The notes below the pieces were generated by a model. That model was not told where the DNA came from and searched no databases. It was given only the letters and a program-made list of their open reading frames with translations. This document shows positions 17,794-29,398 of a DNA stretch of 64,000 bases, one piece after another; position 1 is the first letter of the stretch, and each line of letters opens with the position of its first letter. The DNA comes from Alphaproteobacteria bacterium (GTDB taxonomy: Bacteria > Pseudomonadota > Alphaproteobacteria > JACZXZ01). A program made the translations under genes and the position numbers. The stretch is taken from assembly GCA_035294245.1 (NCBI GenBank), contig DATGLG010000004.1:386592-450591 (forward strand). The letters run 5' to 3'.

Positions 17794-18651
17794 TCAGCTC
17801 CCGAGTTGCAGGATAACGATGCCGATGGCGACCACGACGGCCGCCAGAATGCGACGAAGGCCGAACGGCTCGCGCAGGAAGAGCGCGCCGATGATGGCCG
17901 CGAAAATGACCCCGGTCTCGCGCAAGGCCGCGACCTGCCCCATGGCCCCCAGCGACATCGCCCAGATCGCGATTCCATAGCCGGCGCAGGATAGAAACCC
18001 GCCGATCATCCCGATATGCCAGGAGGCCCGCAGGTAAGGCAGCACTTCCCCCCGACGGCGAATGAGCGCGGCCACGAAGATCGGCAATCCTTCGATGGCG
18101 AACAGCCATGCGATATAGCCAAGAGGGGCGCCCGAGCGACGCACGCCGAAGCCGTCGACCACCGTGTAGCCGGTGATGGTGAGCGCCGTGAAAAGGGCGA
18201 AGAGCACAGAATGGCGCCGGTCGCCGCGGGGGCGGCCGCTCTCGAAGGCGAGGCTGGCGGTGCCCAGAGAGACGAGGGTTATCCCGGCAACGGCCATGGG
18301 GGACAGCAGCTCGCCCGCCGTGAGCGCGGAAAGGGCGGCCACCATGACGGGGGCCGTGCCCCGCGCAAGGGGATAAACAAGGCTGAGATCGCCGTAACGG
18401 TAAGCCTTGATGAGCCCGATATAATATCCGACATGGATGATGACCGAGCCGGCGATGAAGGGCCAGCTTGACGGCGCCGGCCTCGGCTCCAAAAACAGCG
18501 CCGCCGCGAGTGCCGGCGGGATCGGCCAGAACGATACGAACGCCATGACCAGCAAGCGGTCACCGGAGCGCTTTACCAGTGCGTTCCAGCTCGCATGCAT
18601 GATGGCTGCGAGCAGGACCAGACCCGCCGCCGAAAGCTGGAGGGGCATCAC
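17794..18651 (-). CDS. DMT-superfamily (EamA-like) transporter, 285 aa
   Basis: Ten predicted TM helices and two EamA-like halves. Sequence is typical of the drug/metabolite transporter family. Confidence 0.8.
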   Translation of the reverse strand: MMPLQLSAAGLVLLAAIMHASWNALVKRSGDRLLVMAFVSFWPIPPALAAALFLEPRPAPSSWPFIAGSVIIHVGYYIGLIKAYRYGDLSLVYPLARGTAPVMVAALSALTAGELLSPMAVAGITLVSLGTASLAFESGRPRGDRRHSVLFALFTALTITGYTVVDGFGVRRSGAPLGYIAWLFAIEGLPIFVAALIRRRGEVLPYLRASWHIGMIGGFLSCAGYGIAIWAMSLGAMGQVAALRETGVIFAAIIGALFLREPFGLRRILAAVVVAIGIVILQLGS

Positions 18652-18752
18652 GAACGCCTCGCTGCGAGAGGGCCGCCACAGAATGAGAAGGAAGAAGTGA
18701 CCGCTTCCCGCGACGCCGTCAAATCAAAAAGCCCCTCGCGGCCGAATGATAG

Positions 18753-19697
18753 CTAGCTCTCCAGACCCAGAAGGTTACGGGCGAAATCCCGGGCGGCAAA
18801 GGGTCGGAGGTCGTCGACGCCCTCGCCTACGCCGATGGCATGCACGGGAAGGCCGAAGCGCTGGGCGAGTGCCACCAATACGCCGCCGCGCGCGGTACCG
18901 TCGAGCTTGGTGACGACGAGGCCTGTCACCTCGATCATGTTGCGGAAGATCTCGACCTGCGCATGGGCGTTCTGCCCCGTCGTGGCGTCGAGCACGAGCA
19001 GCGTGGCGTGGGGAGCCGCAGGGTCGAGCTTGCCGAGGGCGCGGCGGATCTTCTGGAGCTCGGCCATCAGATCGGCGCGATTATGGAGCCGCCCCGCCGT
19101 ATCGATGAGTAGCAGGTCGGTGCCGGCGGCGCGCGCTGCCTCGAGGGATTCGTAAACCACGCCGGCCGCGTCTCCGCCTTGCTCGCGGGCGATCACCGCC
19201 GAGCCCGTGCGCTGCCCCCAAATCTTGAGCTGATCAATCGCCGCCGCTCGGAACGTATCGCCGGCGCAGAGCATGACCGAGCGGCCCTCCTCACGGAAGA
19301 GATGGGCGAGCTTGCCGATCGTCGTCGTCTTTCCGGTGCCGTTGACGCCGACGACGAGTACCACGAAGGGGCGCTTGGCGGGATCGATGGCAAGCGGTCT
19401 CGCCACCGGGGCGAGGATCCCGGCGATCTCGTCGGCAAGGGCCTCGCGCACGGCCTCGGGCGAGACGTCGCCCGCAAAGCGAATAGTCCCGAGCTTTGCC
19501 GCAAGGTCGGCCGCCGTCGCGGGGCCAAGATCCGCAGTGATCAACAGTTCCTCGAGTTCTTCGAGGCTCTGCGCGTCGAGCCTGCGCTTGGTGAATATGC
19601 TGCCGATGCCCTCGGCGAGTTTGCTCGAGCTGCGCGAAAGCCCGCCCTTGAGGCGGCTCAGCCAGCCGCGCCGCGGCTCCGTCGTATCCTCGGTCAT
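18753..19697 (-). CDS. ftsY: Signal recognition particle receptor FtsY (short alphaproteobacterial form lacking the acidic A domain)
   Basis: GVNGTGKTTTIGKLA, DTAGR and TKLDGTARGG motifs are present. The Met at 19697 is chosen; the track ORF continues upstream as an R-rich, non-coding-looking extension. It overlaps the mtaB stop (ATGA). Confidence 0.9.
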   Translation of the reverse strand: MTEDTTEPRRGWLSRLKGGLSRSSSKLAEGIGSIFTKRRLDAQSLEELEELLITADLGPATAADLAAKLGTIRFAGDVSPEAVREALADEIAGILAPVARPLAIDPAKRPFVVLVVGVNGTGKTTTIGKLAHLFREEGRSVMLCAGDTFRAAAIDQLKIWGQRTGSAVIAREQGGDAAGVVYESLEAARAAGTDLLLIDTAGRLHNRADLMAELQKIRRALGKLDPAAPHATLLVLDATTGQNAHAQVEIFRNMIEVTGLVVTKLDGTARGGVLVALAQRFGLPVHAIGVGEGVDDLRPFAARDFARNLLGLES

Positions 19698-20938
19698 GCG
19701 GCGATGCGAACCTTCAGAGTCGTGGCGTCGAATCCTGTGACCCGCCCGCGGGCCACGCTGCCGGGGCGCACCGGGCGATCGAGGGTCGCCGCCGCGAAAT
19801 GCTCGGTCCGGCCGCGCCGATCCTCCTCGACCAGAACCTCCACGGAAGCGTCGATCTGGTCGGCGAGGAAGCGGACAAGCGCGCGGTCCCCGGACTTCCG
19901 CAACGCGGCCGCACGCGCCTTTCGCTCGGCCGGGGGAACCTGCGGCATCCGCGCCGCGGGCGTGCCTTCGCGCGTGGAATATGGAAAGACGTGCAGGAAG
20001 ACGAGGCCGCAATCCTCGACGAGGGCGAGGGTATTACGGAACATCGCGTCCGTCTCAGTGGGGAAGCCGGCGATGAGATCGGCGCCCAAGGCGATGTCGG
20101 GGCGGAGGCGATGCAGGCGCTCGGCGGCGGCAACCGCGTCGGCCCGGCTGTGGCGCCGCTTCATGCGCTTGAGGATCAGGTCGTCTCCGGCCTGCAGGCT
20201 GAGATGCAGATGGGGCATCAGTCGCGGCTCCTCCGCGACCAGGCGGAAGACGTCCTCGTCGATTTCGACCGGATCGAGGGAGGACAGGCGCAGCCGCTTG
20301 AGCCCCGGCACGGCGGCGAGCAAGCGTCGCGCCATCTGGCCGAGGGTCGGCCGTCCGGGCAGATCCTTGCCGTAATCGGTGATGTCGACGCCGGTCAACA
20401 CGATCTCCTGGACGCCGCGCTCGACCAGCAGTCGCACCTGCTCGACGATGCGGCCGATCGGAGCGCTTCTGCTGGGGCCGCGACCATAAGGGATGATGCA
20501 GAAGGTGCAGCGGTGGTCACAGCCTTGCTGTACTTGCACAAAGGCGCGGCTGCGCGCAGCGAACCCGTCGATCAGGTGAAGCGCCGTCTCCTTGACCGCC
20601 TGGATATCGGCGACGGTCACGCGTTCGCTGTTATCACAGTAGGCTGCGGGTGTCAGCTTCTCCGCGTTCCCCAGAACGCGATCGACCTCGGCCATCGCGG
20701 CAAAGCGCTCGGGATGAATCTGCGCAGCACAGCCGGTCACGATGATATGGGCGTCCGGATGACTGTGACGCGCCTTGCGGATGGCCTGGCGCGCCTGGCG
20801 CTCGGCCTCGGCGGTCACGGCGCAGGTGTTGACGATGACCGTATTCGCCATCCCCGCATCGCGCGCGAGCTTGCGCATCACCTCAGATTCGTAGGCGTTG
20901 AGGCGACAGCCGAATGTGACAATCTCGATCCCGGACAT
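19694..20938 (-). CDS. mtaB: MiaB-like radical-SAM methylthiotransferase (MtaB-type, tRNA t6A37 methylthiotransferase)
   Basis: N-terminal MTTase domain (VTFGCRLNAYESE), radical-SAM CxxxCxxC (CDHRCTFCIIP) and C-terminal TRAM domain. 414 aa. Confidence 0.85.
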   Translation of the reverse strand: MSGIEIVTFGCRLNAYESEVMRKLARDAGMANTVIVNTCAVTAEAERQARQAIRKARHSHPDAHIIVTGCAAQIHPERFAAMAEVDRVLGNAEKLTPAAYCDNSERVTVADIQAVKETALHLIDGFAARSRAFVQVQQGCDHRCTFCIIPYGRGPSRSAPIGRIVEQVRLLVERGVQEIVLTGVDITDYGKDLPGRPTLGQMARRLLAAVPGLKRLRLSSLDPVEIDEDVFRLVAEEPRLMPHLHLSLQAGDDLILKRMKRRHSRADAVAAAERLHRLRPDIALGADLIAGFPTETDAMFRNTLALVEDCGLVFLHVFPYSTREGTPAARMPQVPPAERKARAAALRKSGDRALVRFLADQIDASVEVLVEEDRRGRTEHFAAATLDRPVRPGSVARGRVTGFDATTLKVRIAA

Positions 20939-20944
20939 GCGCGC

Positions 20945-21793
20945 TTAACCAACGAGAGAGGGCGAGAGTCGACCCGTGAAGCTCGTCGCCACGGGACCGG
21001 CAAGCACCACGTGATTGTCGGCGCGCCATTCGATCTCGAGCGTGCCGCCATCGAGCAGGATCTTCGCCTTCCGCCCGGCCAGGCCGCGCCGATGCGCGGC
21101 GACGAGGGTGGCGCAGGCGCCGGTGCCGCAGGCGCGCGTGATGCCGACCCCGCGCTCCCAGACGCGCATGCGCAGGTGCCCGTCGGAGAGGCGGCTCGCC
21201 ACTTCGACATTGGTGCGCTCCGGGAAGAGCGGGTCGCGCTCTATCTTCGGTCCCCAGGTCTCGAGATCGACGTCTTCCGCGTCGGCTACGAAGAACACGA
21301 CGTGGGGATTTCCAACATTGACGGCGACCGGATCGCTCAAGGGGCCGATCGTCAACGGAAGTTGGAGCGTGTCCATCTCCCGCAACAGCGGAATCTCGCG
21401 CCAGTCCAGACGCACCGGCCCCATATCGACGGCGACGAGCCCCGCCTCCCGCCGCTCCGCATCGAGGAGGCCGACGACGGTTTCAATGACCACGCGATCC
21501 CGCCCGCTCTCTTCCATGAGGAGGGTGGCGATGCAGCGCGCGGCGTTGCCGCAGGCTTCGACCTCGCCACCATCCGCGTTATGGATGCGCATGAAGGCGT
21601 CGGCGCGGCGGTCGTTCGGCGGCTCGATGGTGATGAGCTGGTCGCAACCGACCCCCGTCTTGCGGTCGGCGATCGCGCGCGCGCGCGCCGAATCCAGCGC
21701 AAGCGGCCGGGCGCGCGTGTCCAGCACCACGAAGTCGTTGCCGAGGCCGTGCATCTTCACGAAGACCGGCGCGTTCGGAGAGGGTTGCATCAT
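20945..21793 (-). CDS. dapF: Diaminopimelate epimerase
   Basis: FVKMHGLGNDFVVLD…GNAARC…TRACGTGACA: both catalytic-Cys motifs are present. The Met at 21793 is chosen over the track ORF start at 21886. Confidence 0.9.
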   Translation of the reverse strand: MMQPSPNAPVFVKMHGLGNDFVVLDTRARPLALDSARARAIADRKTGVGCDQLITIEPPNDRRADAFMRIHNADGGEVEACGNAARCIATLLMEESGRDRVVIETVVGLLDAERREAGLVAVDMGPVRLDWREIPLLREMDTLQLPLTIGPLSDPVAVNVGNPHVVFFVADAEDVDLETWGPKIERDPLFPERTNVEVASRLSDGHLRMRVWERGVGITRACGTGACATLVAAHRRGLAGRKAKILLDGGTLEIEWRADNHVVLAGPVATSFTGRLSPSLVG

Positions 21794-22066
21794 GGCCCGG
21801 TTATATGGCGCGCGGGCGCGCCGAGTCCAACGCTTTCGGCCCCACGAGGGAGCGCCAAGTGCCTCATTTCCCGGGATTCCCGCCACTCGCAGCGGCCGCG
21901 GCCTGCAGCTTGACTCCCCCGCAGCCCGCCTCTAGAGTGCGCCTCCATCGCAGGGTAGCCGCAGCTTTGCGCTCCCGAGGGGGCCCGCCAGTCCGCGAGT
22001 GTCGCGCACTGGCGCATATGGCTTTGGGCCGCCGCTCGCGATCCTTGTTGCTTCGAAGGCATGCGC

Positions 22067-23437
22067 ATGTTCGATGGCTTGACCAATAGGCTCGGCGACA
22101 TCTTCGACCGCCTGCGTCGCCGCGGGGCTCTCGGCGAAACGGATGTCGACGCCGCCTTGCGCGAGGTCCGTGTCGCCCTCCTCGAGGCCGACGTCGCACT
22201 TCCCGTGGTCAAGGACCTCGTCACGGCGATCCGCGAAAAGGCCGTCGGCCAGGAGGTGCTCAAGAGCGTCACCCCCGGGCAGATGGTGGTCAAGATCGTT
22301 CACGATCACCTCGTCGAAGTACTGGGAGCGGAAGCGGCCGAGCTCAACCTTCGGGCGGCGCCGCCTGTGGCGATCCTCATGGTCGGCCTCCAAGGCTCGG
22401 GCAAGACGACGACGACGGCCAAGATCGCCCTCCGCCTCAGGACGCGGGAACGCAAGAAGGTCCTGATGGCCTCCCTCGATACCCGACGTCCGGCGGCCCA
22501 GCAGCAGCTCGCGACCTTGGGATTGCAAGCGGAGGTCGACACCCTCAACATCGTGCCCAGCGAGCCGCCTCTCGCGATCGCCAAGCGCGCGCTCCAGAAG
22601 GGCCGCCTCGAAGGCTATGACGTGGTGCTCCTCGACACCGCGGGCCGGCTCCATATCGACGACGAGCTGATGATCGAGGTAGCGGCGGTGCACGAGGCGA
22701 CGAAGCCGGTCGAGACGCTCCTCGTCGCCGATGCTATGACCGGCCAGGACGCTGTTCATGTCGCGGAGGCATTCCACAAGCGCCTCAATGTCACCGGCAT
22801 CGTGCTCACCCGGGTGGATGGCGATGCCCGCGGCGGCGGCGCGCTCAGCATGCGCGCCGTCACGGGATGCCCGATCAAGCTAATCGGCGTCGGCGAGAAG
22901 CTCGATGCCCTCGAAGCCTTCCACCCGGCACGCATCGCCGGCCGCATCCTCGGCATGGGCGATGTCGTCTCGCTCGTCGAGAAGGCGGCCGAGATGATCG
23001 AGCAGGAGGAGGCCGAGAAGCTCGCCAAGAAGATCGAGAAGGGTAAGTTCGATCTCGACGACATGGCCCAGCAGCTCCGGCAGCTCCGCAAGATGGGCGG
23101 CATGGAAGGGCTCCTCTCGCTGCTCCCTGGGGTCGCCAAGGTCAAGAGGCAGATCGCGGAGCACAAGCTCGATGACGGGTTGCTCAAGCGCCAGGAGGCC
23201 ATCATCGGCTCGATGACCAAGGACGAGCGGCGCAACCCCAACCTTATCCACGCCTCGCGCAAGCGGCGCATCGCCGCCGGTTCCGGCACCAGCGTGCAGG
23301 ATGTGAACAAGGTACTAAAGCAGTTCCAGGAGATGAGCCGGATGATGAAGCAGGTCACCAAGCTCGGGAAGAAGGGCATGATGCGCTCCGGTTTTCCCGG
23401 ACTGCGCGGCCTGCCCCCAGGGTTGCCGCCCCGCTGA
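22067..23437 (+). CDS. ffh: Signal recognition particle protein Ffh
   Basis: [17 protein letters not shown]…[10 protein letters not shown]…DTAGR…[10 protein letters not shown], plus the Met-rich C-terminal M domain. An alternative start is at 22061. Confidence 0.95.
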   Translation: MFDGLTNRLGDIFDRLRRRGALGETDVDAALREVRVALLEADVALPVVKDLVTAIREKAVGQEVLKSVTPGQMVVKIVHDHLVEVLGAEAAELNLRAAPPVAILMVGLQGSGKTTTTAKIALRLRTRERKKVLMASLDTRRPAAQQQLATLGLQAEVDTLNIVPSEPPLAIAKRALQKGRLEGYDVVLLDTAGRLHIDDELMIEVAAVHEATKPVETLLVADAMTGQDAVHVAEAFHKRLNVTGIVLTRVDGDARGGGALSMRAVTGCPIKLIGVGEKLDALEAFHPARIAGRILGMGDVVSLVEKAAEMIEQEEAEKLAKKIEKGKFDLDDMAQQLRQLRKMGGMEGLLSLLPGVAKVKRQIAEHKLDDGLLKRQEAIIGSMTKDERRNPNLIHASRKRRIAAGSGTSVQDVNKVLKQFQEMSRMMKQVTKLGKKGMMRSGFPGLRGLPPGLPPR

Positions 23438-23504
23438 CCTATGCCTTGGACGAGGCCGCTACGAGCTCGCTAACCGTTCCATTGAGACAGGAGAATCGCA
23501 CCCC

Positions 23505-23876
23505 ATGTCACTGAAAATCCGTTTGGCCCGCGCTGGCGCCAAGAAGCGCCCATTCTATCGCATCGTCGTCGCCGACTCGCGCTCGCCGCGCGACGGTCGC
23601 TTCATCGAGCGCATCGGAAGCTACAATCCGATGGTGGCGAAGGATCATCCGGAGCGGGTCGTCTTCGACGAGGACCGCCTCAAGCATTGGCTTGGCGTCG
23701 GCGCCCAGCCGACCGACCGCATCGCGCGGTTTCTTGGCAAGGCTGGATTCGGGCCGGTGCCGGCCATCCCGCAGCAGACGAAGAAGAATCAGCCCAAGGC
23801 CAAGGCCCAGGAGCGACTCAAGGCGGCCGAGGCCGCGGCCGGCGAAGGAGCGGCGGCGGAAGCTCCGGCTTCGTAA
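23505..23876 (+). CDS. rpsP: 30S ribosomal protein S16 (with Ala/Lys-rich C-terminal extension)
   Basis: [42 protein letters not shown] is canonical S16. Confidence 0.95.
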   Translation: MSLKIRLARAGAKKRPFYRIVVADSRSPRDGRFIERIGSYNPMVAKDHPERVVFDEDRLKHWLGVGAQPTDRIARFLGKAGFGPVPAIPQQTKKNQPKAKAQERLKAAEAAAGEGAAAEAPAS

Positions 23877-23915
23877 GTCTATCGGCGGCGGAGAGCGGCG
23901 AGTGAAGGGAAGACG

Positions 23916-24458
23916 ATGATGGCGCGACCCGAGCGAAAGGTCTGCCTTGGCGTCATCAAGGGTGCGCATGGCGTGCGCGGCCAAGTGCGCGTCCAGAGTT
24001 TCACCGCCGATCCCGACGCGATCTTCGGCTACGGCCCGTTGAGCGATGAGGCGGGTCGGCGCGAGCTTACGCTCGAGCGCGTCGGCGAGACGCGCGGCCA
24101 GCTCGTCGCGCACGTGCAAGGCGTCGACAGCCGCGATGCCGCCGAGGCCCTCAAGGGGTTTCGTCTTCATGTGTCGCGGGCGGCACTCCCTCCGCCCGCC
24201 GACGAGGAATACTACCACGGCGACCTGATCGGGCTTGCGGCCGAGCGCGCGGATGGCGTGCTCTTCGGCAAGGTGCGGGCAGTCCACGATTTCGGCGCGG
24301 GCAGCGTGCTCGAGATCGCGCGGCCGGAAGGCGCGCCCATAATGCTTCCCTTCACGCGTGCAGTGGTTCCGGTCGTGGATATTGCCGGCGGGCGCGTGGT
24401 GGTGGAGCCGCCGCCATCGTTGGTCGCCGACGAGGTTGGCGGGGAGGAGCACTCGTGA
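23916..24458 (+). CDS. rimM: Ribosome maturation factor RimM
   Basis: [15 protein letters not shown]…YYHGDLIGL motifs. Lies in the conserved rpsP-rimM-trmD-rplS order. Confidence 0.9.
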   Translation: MMARPERKVCLGVIKGAHGVRGQVRVQSFTADPDAIFGYGPLSDEAGRRELTLERVGETRGQLVAHVQGVDSRDAAEALKGFRLHVSRAALPPPADEEYYHGDLIGLAAERADGVLFGKVRAVHDFGAGSVLEIARPEGAPIMLPFTRAVVPVVDIAGGRVVVEPPPSLVADEVGGEEHS

Positions 24459-25186
24459 CGCCGGCCGTGGGCAAGCCCTGGACCGCCAGGGTGCTGACCA
24501 TCTTTCCCGAGATGTTTCCGGGTCCGCTCGGCTATTCGCTTGCCGGCCGCGCGCTGGAGACTGGTGTCTGGAAGCTTGAAGCTGTGGACATCCGCGCCTT
24601 CGCGCGCGATAAACACCGCACGGTCGATGACGCCCCGTTCGGCGGCGGGCCCGGTATGGTCATGCGGCCCGATGTGCTGAACGCGGCGATCGAGGCGGCG
24701 GGTGGACGCGGCCCGCTTCTCTATCTATCGCCGCGCGGCAGGCTGCTCGACCAGGCCAAGGTGCGGGCGCTCGCGGAACAGCCGGAGATCGTGGTCATCT
24801 GCGGGCGCTTCGAAGGCATCGACGAGCGCATCCTTGAGGCGCGCGCCATCGAAGAGCTTAGTCTCGGCGATTTCGTGCTCTCGGGTGGCGAGCCGGCGGC
24901 CATCTGCCTGATCGATGCCTGCGTAAGGCTGTTGCCCGGCGTTATGGGCCGGGTGGCATCGCTGGAAGAGGAGAGCTTCGAAAGGGGGCTGCTCGAATAC
25001 CCCCATTATACAAGGCCGCAGCGTTGGGAAGGCCGCGAGGTCCCCGATGTGCTGTTGAGCGGCCATCACGAGCGCATCAGGGCTTGGCGGCTGAGCCAGG
25101 CCGAACGCATCACGCGGCAACGACGGCCGGATCTCTGGAGTCGTTATCTCGCCGCCGGCAACGCAACCGAGGGTGACAGGCTATGA
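24455..25186 (+). CDS. trmD: tRNA (guanine37-N1)-methyltransferase
   Basis: [21 protein letters not shown]…[13 protein letters not shown]…[11 protein letters not shown]. Start overlaps the rimM stop. Confidence 0.95.
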   Translation: MTPAVGKPWTARVLTIFPEMFPGPLGYSLAGRALETGVWKLEAVDIRAFARDKHRTVDDAPFGGGPGMVMRPDVLNAAIEAAGGRGPLLYLSPRGRLLDQAKVRALAEQPEIVVICGRFEGIDERILEARAIEELSLGDFVLSGGEPAAICLIDACVRLLPGVMGRVASLEEESFERGLLEYPHYTRPQRWEGREVPDVLLSGHHERIRAWRLSQAERITRQRRPDLWSRYLAAGNATEGDRL

Positions 25187-25698
25187 ATATCATCGAGCAG
25201 CTCGAGAACGAGCAAATCGCGAAGCTCTCCGCCAAGGGCGCCGTCCCAAGCTTCGCGCCGGGGGACACCCTGCGCGTCCATGTCAAGGTCGTGGAAGGCA
25301 CGCGCGAGCGCGTCCAGGTCTTCGAGGGGGTCTGCATCGCGCGCAAGAATGCCGGTGTGAACTCGGCGTTCACAGTGCGCAAGATCAGCTATGGCGAGGG
25401 AGTCGAGCGCGTTTTCCCGCTGTTCAGCCCGCTGCTCGACAAGATCGAGGTCGTGCGCCGCGGACGCGTGAGGCGCGCGAAGCTCTATTACCTGCGCGGA
25501 CGCACCGGGAAGGCAGCGCGGATTGCCGAAAAGACGGGCGCAGGGCCGGCCGAGGTGGCAAGCGCCTCACAGCTCGACGTCGCGGCCCTCGAGGCCGAGC
25601 TCGCCACGGGCGCTGCCGAGGCCGCGCCCGCCGATGAAGGCGGGGGAGAGAACAAGAAGAAGAAAAAGGCCAAAAAAGCCGAGCAGGCTCAGGCCTGA
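25183..25698 (+). CDS. rplS: 50S ribosomal protein L19 (with acidic/Lys-rich C-terminal tail)
   Basis: [15 protein letters not shown]…[18 protein letters not shown]…[15 protein letters not shown] is canonical L19. Start overlaps the trmD stop. Confidence 0.95.
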   Translation: MNIIEQLENEQIAKLSAKGAVPSFAPGDTLRVHVKVVEGTRERVQVFEGVCIARKNAGVNSAFTVRKISYGEGVERVFPLFSPLLDKIEVVRRGRVRRAKLYYLRGRTGKAARIAEKTGAGPAEVASASQLDVAALEAELATGAAEAAPADEGGGENKKKKKAKKAEQAQA

Positions 25699-25730
25699 CC
25701 GGCGATCTATCACCCAACGGAGATCGGTCG

Positions 25731-27140
25731 ATGGCGCAGCCGCGGACCCTTTTCGACAAGATCTGGCAAAGCCATGTGGTCGAACGCCAGCCGGACGGCA
25801 CCTGCATCCTCTATATCGACCGTCATCTCGTTCACGAGGTGACGAGCCCCCAGGCCTTCGAAGGCCTGCGCCTCGCCGGCCGCAAGGTCCGGCGGCCGGA
25901 TGCGACGCTTGCGGTCGCCGATCACAACGTCCCCACCACCGACCGGAAGGACGGAATCAAGGACGATGAGTCGCGCGTGCAGGTCGAGACGCTCGAGGTC
26001 AATTGCAAGGAGTTCGGCATCCCGTATTTCTCGATGGAGGATGTTCGCCAGGGCATCGTCCACATCATCGGCCCCGAGCAGGGGATGACCCAGCCGGGCA
26101 TGACGATCGTCTGCGGCGACAGCCACACCTCGACCCACGGCGCCTTCGGCGCGCTTGCCTTCGGGATCGGGACCTCGGAGGTCGAGCACGTTTTGGCGAC
26201 CCAGACCCTTCTCTCGAAGCCGGCCAAGAACATGCGCGTTACCGTGACCGGCGCACTCCCCTTCGGCTGCACTGCGAAGGACCTTATTCTCGCCATCATC
26301 GGCAAGATCGGCACCGCCGGCGGCACCGGCCATGTCATCGAATATTCGGGTGACGCTGTCCGCGCTCTCTCCATGGAAGGGCGCATGACGATGTGCAACA
26401 TGACGATCGAGGGCGGGGCGCGCGCCGGGCTCGTGGCACCCGACGAGACGACCTTCGCCTATCTCATGGGCCGGCCCATGGCTCCCAAGGGCGGGCAGTG
26501 GGAGCAGGCGGTGGCTTATTGGAAGACGCTGCCGTCCGATCCGGGATCACGCTACGAGAAGGAGGTTGCGCTCGACGCCGCCACTATCGAGCCGCACGTC
26601 ACCTGGGGAACCTCGCCACAGGACGTCCTGCCGATCACCGGCCGGGTGCCCGATCCCCGCGAGGCGCCGGACGAGAATACCGAAAGCGCATGGTCGCGCG
26701 CGCTCGACTATATGGGGCTCGAGCCGGGCATGCGGCTCGACGAGGTCGTCGTGAACACCGTCTTCATCGGCTCGTGCACGAATGGCCGCATCGAGGATCT
26801 GCGCGCGGCAGCCGCCGTCGCCAAAGGCCGGCGCGTGGCCGATCGGGTGCGCGCGCTCGTCGTACCCGGCTCCGGCCTAGTGAAGGAGCAGGCGGAGGCC
26901 GAAGGGCTCGACAGGATCTTCCGTGAGGCCGGCTTTGAGTGGCGCGAGCCGGGGTGCTCCATGTGCCTTGCCATGAATGCCGACAAGCTCGCGCCGGGCG
27001 AGCGCTGCGCCTCGACCTCGAATCGTAATTTCGAGGGGCGGCAAGGCCGCGGGGGCCGCACGCATCTCGTGAGTCCGGCAATGGCGGCAGCGGCGGCCGT
27101 GACCGGCAAGCTCACCGACGTGCGCAAGCTTCTGGCCTAG
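25731..27140 (+). CDS. leuC: 3-isopropylmalate dehydratase large subunit
   Basis: Aconitase-family motifs ([48 protein letters not shown]). 469 aa. Confidence 0.95.
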   Translation: MAQPRTLFDKIWQSHVVERQPDGTCILYIDRHLVHEVTSPQAFEGLRLAGRKVRRPDATLAVADHNVPTTDRKDGIKDDESRVQVETLEVNCKEFGIPYFSMEDVRQGIVHIIGPEQGMTQPGMTIVCGDSHTSTHGAFGALAFGIGTSEVEHVLATQTLLSKPAKNMRVTVTGALPFGCTAKDLILAIIGKIGTAGGTGHVIEYSGDAVRALSMEGRMTMCNMTIEGGARAGLVAPDETTFAYLMGRPMAPKGGQWEQAVAYWKTLPSDPGSRYEKEVALDAATIEPHVTWGTSPQDVLPITGRVPDPREAPDENTESAWSRALDYMGLEPGMRLDEVVVNTVFIGSCTNGRIEDLRAAAAVAKGRRVADRVRALVVPGSGLVKEQAEAEGLDRIFREAGFEWREPGCSMCLAMNADKLAPGERCASTSNRNFEGRQGRGGRTHLVSPAMAAAAAVTGKLTDVRKLLA

Positions 27141-27152
27141 GGAGGGAGGCTC

Positions 27153-27758
27153 ATGCAGAAATTCACCACCCTGACCGGAGTCGCGGCGCCGCTGCCGATG
27201 ATCAATGTCGATACGGACATGATCATTCCCAAGCAGTTCCTGAAGACGATCAAGCGGAGCGGCCTCGGCAAGTCGCTCTTTTTCGAGAAGCGTTATTTCG
27301 ACGATGGCCGCGAGCGGCCGGATTTCGTGCTCAACCGGCCGCCCTATCGCAATGCGAAGATTCTGGTCGCTGGCGAGAATTTCGGCTGCGGCTCCAGCCG
27401 CGAGCATGCACCCTGGGCGCTGCAGGATTTCGGCATTCGCTGCGTCATCGCCGCGAGCTTCGCCGATATCTTCTACAACAATTGCTTCAAGAACGGCATG
27501 CTGCCGATCAAGTTGAGTCCAGACCAAGTCGAGCTTCTGATGGCCGACGCCAAAGCCGGCGAGCAGCTGACGATCGATCTGCCTGGGCAGACGATCACGC
27601 GGCCGAACGGCGAGAAAGTCGCCTTCGAAATCGATCCCTTCCTCAAGACCTGCCTCGTCGAGGGCCTCGACGAGATCGGGCTCACGCTTCAGAAGCGCCC
27701 CTTTATCGGCGAGTTCGAAGCCAAGCAGCGCGCAAGCCAGCCGTGGCTTTGGCGCTAG
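27153..27758 (+). CDS. leuD: 3-isopropylmalate dehydratase small subunit
   Basis: Aconitase swivel domain, 201 aa, immediately downstream of leuC. Confidence 0.95.
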   Translation: MQKFTTLTGVAAPLPMINVDTDMIIPKQFLKTIKRSGLGKSLFFEKRYFDDGRERPDFVLNRPPYRNAKILVAGENFGCGSSREHAPWALQDFGIRCVIAASFADIFYNNCFKNGMLPIKLSPDQVELLMADAKAGEQLTIDLPGQTITRPNGEKVAFEIDPFLKTCLVEGLDEIGLTLQKRPFIGEFEAKQRASQPWLWR

Positions 27759-27829
27759 CTGCTCCCGAAAATCGATGAGCCGGCCTCGGCGCCGGCGCCA
27801 GCACGCAACGCCTCCAAGGGGGACCACGC

Positions 27830-28942
27830 ATGCCTGCGAACAAATCGCTCCTTATTCTTCCCGGCGACGGTATCGGCCCCGAGGTGATGCGGCAGGTCAA
27901 CCGCGTGATCGAGTGGTTCGATCGGCGCCGCGCGGTTCGCTTCGAGGTGACGGAGGGGCTGATCGGCGGTGCTTCCTATGACGCCCACGGGACTCCTCTC
28001 ACAGAGGAGACGATCGAGCAAGCCATGGCGGCGGATGCGGTACTGCTCGGCGCTGTCGGGGGACCCAAATGGGATACGCTCGATTTCGCCAAGCGTCCGG
28101 AGCGTGGCCTTCTCGGCTTGCGCAAGGCGATGGAGCTCTTCGCCAATCTGCGCCCCGCGATCGTCTTCGAGGCGTTGGCCGATGCGTCGACGCTCAAGCC
28201 GGAACTGGTCGCGGGGCTCGATCTTGTGATCGTGCGCGAGTTGACCGGTGGCATCTACTTCGGCGAGCCGCGTGGAGTCGAGCCGCTTGCGAATGGCGAG
28301 CGGAAAGGCGTCAATACGGAAGTCTATACGACTTCGGAGATTCGGCGCGTGGCGCGCGTGGCCTTCGAGCTGGCGCGGCAGCGTCGCAAGCGCCTTTGCT
28401 CGATCGACAAGGCGAATGTGCTGGAATCGAGCGTGCTCTGGCGCGACGAGGTGCAAAGGCTCCACGATACGGAATTCAAAGACGTCGAGCTCAGCCATAT
28501 GTATGTCGACAACGCGGCGATGCAGCTCGTTCGCAACCCCAAGCAGTTCGACGTGATCGTCACCACCAACATGTTCGGCGATATCCTGTCGGACGAGGCC
28601 TCGATGCTCACCGGCTCGCTCGGGATGCTGCCTTCCGCCTCCCTCGGCGCCGCCGACGGCAGCGGCCGCCGGCGCGCCCTCTACGAGCCGGTGCATGGGA
28701 GCGCTCCGGACATCGCCGGGCGGGACATCGCCAATCCTCTCGCCGCGATCCTCTCCTTCGCGATGCTGCTGCGCTATTCCTTCGGCATGACCGAGGACGC
28801 CGACCTCATCGAGCGGGCCGTCCGCCGCGTTCTCGACGGCGGGCTGCGCACGGCGGATATCATGCAGGGGGGCAAGGGCAGGGTCTCCACGACGGTGATG
28901 GGCGACTCCATCATCCGGGAGCTCGACAAGCAGGCGGCCTGA
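27830..28942 (+). CDS. leuB: 3-isopropylmalate dehydrogenase
   Basis: [11 protein letters not shown]…NLRP…[13 protein letters not shown]…[11 protein letters not shown] are classic IMDH motifs. Confidence 0.95.
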   Translation: MPANKSLLILPGDGIGPEVMRQVNRVIEWFDRRRAVRFEVTEGLIGGASYDAHGTPLTEETIEQAMAADAVLLGAVGGPKWDTLDFAKRPERGLLGLRKAMELFANLRPAIVFEALADASTLKPELVAGLDLVIVRELTGGIYFGEPRGVEPLANGERKGVNTEVYTTSEIRRVARVAFELARQRRKRLCSIDKANVLESSVLWRDEVQRLHDTEFKDVELSHMYVDNAAMQLVRNPKQFDVIVTTNMFGDILSDEASMLTGSLGMLPSASLGAADGSGRRRALYEPVHGSAPDIAGRDIANPLAAILSFAMLLRYSFGMTEDADLIERAVRRVLDGGLRTADIMQGGKGRVSTTVMGDSIIRELDKQAA

Positions 28943-28961
28943 AGCCGGTCTTCTCGCGCGG

Positions 28962-29318
28962 CTACTCAAGGCCGTGCTTGCGGCGCTCCGCCGTCAGCCG
29001 GCCGGCGAGGAAGAGGCCGAGCATGCGAAAATCGCTCACGAAGGACCAGAGTGGATGGCGGAAGGTCGCCGGCCGGTTGCGCTCGAAAACGAGATGCCCG
29101 ATCCAGGCCGGCCCGTAGCCGGCCAAGAGCGCCACCGGGAGGAAGCGCCAATCGCGGGCGATGATCGCCGTGATCACAAGCAAAACGCCGAGGGCGGTGC
29201 CGAGGTAATGGCAAGCGCGTGTCGCCCCGCCGCGATGCTCGGCGAGGTAGTAGGGCCAGAATTCGACATAGCGGGTCGGGCGCCTCGTCATCTCCGCCCC
29301 GGCGGCCGCGTTCACCAT
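28962..29318 (-). CDS. DUF962 (Mpo1-like) family membrane protein
   Basis: [25 protein letters not shown]… plus two hydrophobic segments typical of DUF962. The internal Met is chosen; the track ORF extends to 29375. Confidence 0.6.
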   Translation of the reverse strand: MVNAAAGAEMTRRPTRYVEFWPYYLAEHRGGATRACHYLGTALGVLLVITAIIARDWRFLPVALLAGYGPAWIGHLVFERNRPATFRHPLWSFVSDFRMLGLFLAGRLTAERRKHGLE

Positions 29319-29398
29319 CTCGCGCGCCTGCCTTGAAAATTGCGGATTTTCGGCGTAAGTCAACCTGTTCTTCAACTCAAGCCAAGCTGGAACGCATC

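Noticed and set aside
29219-29398. Long N-terminal extensions of the asd ORF, and similarly of ftsY (to 20012), dapF (to 21886), mdh (43164), sucC (44281), sucD (45297) and sucA (46466)
   Set aside because: Orthologous proteins start at the internal Met where conserved N-terminal motifs begin (for example MGYRVAVVGATGNVG for Asd). The upstream parts are low-complexity and overlap neighbouring genes or promoters.
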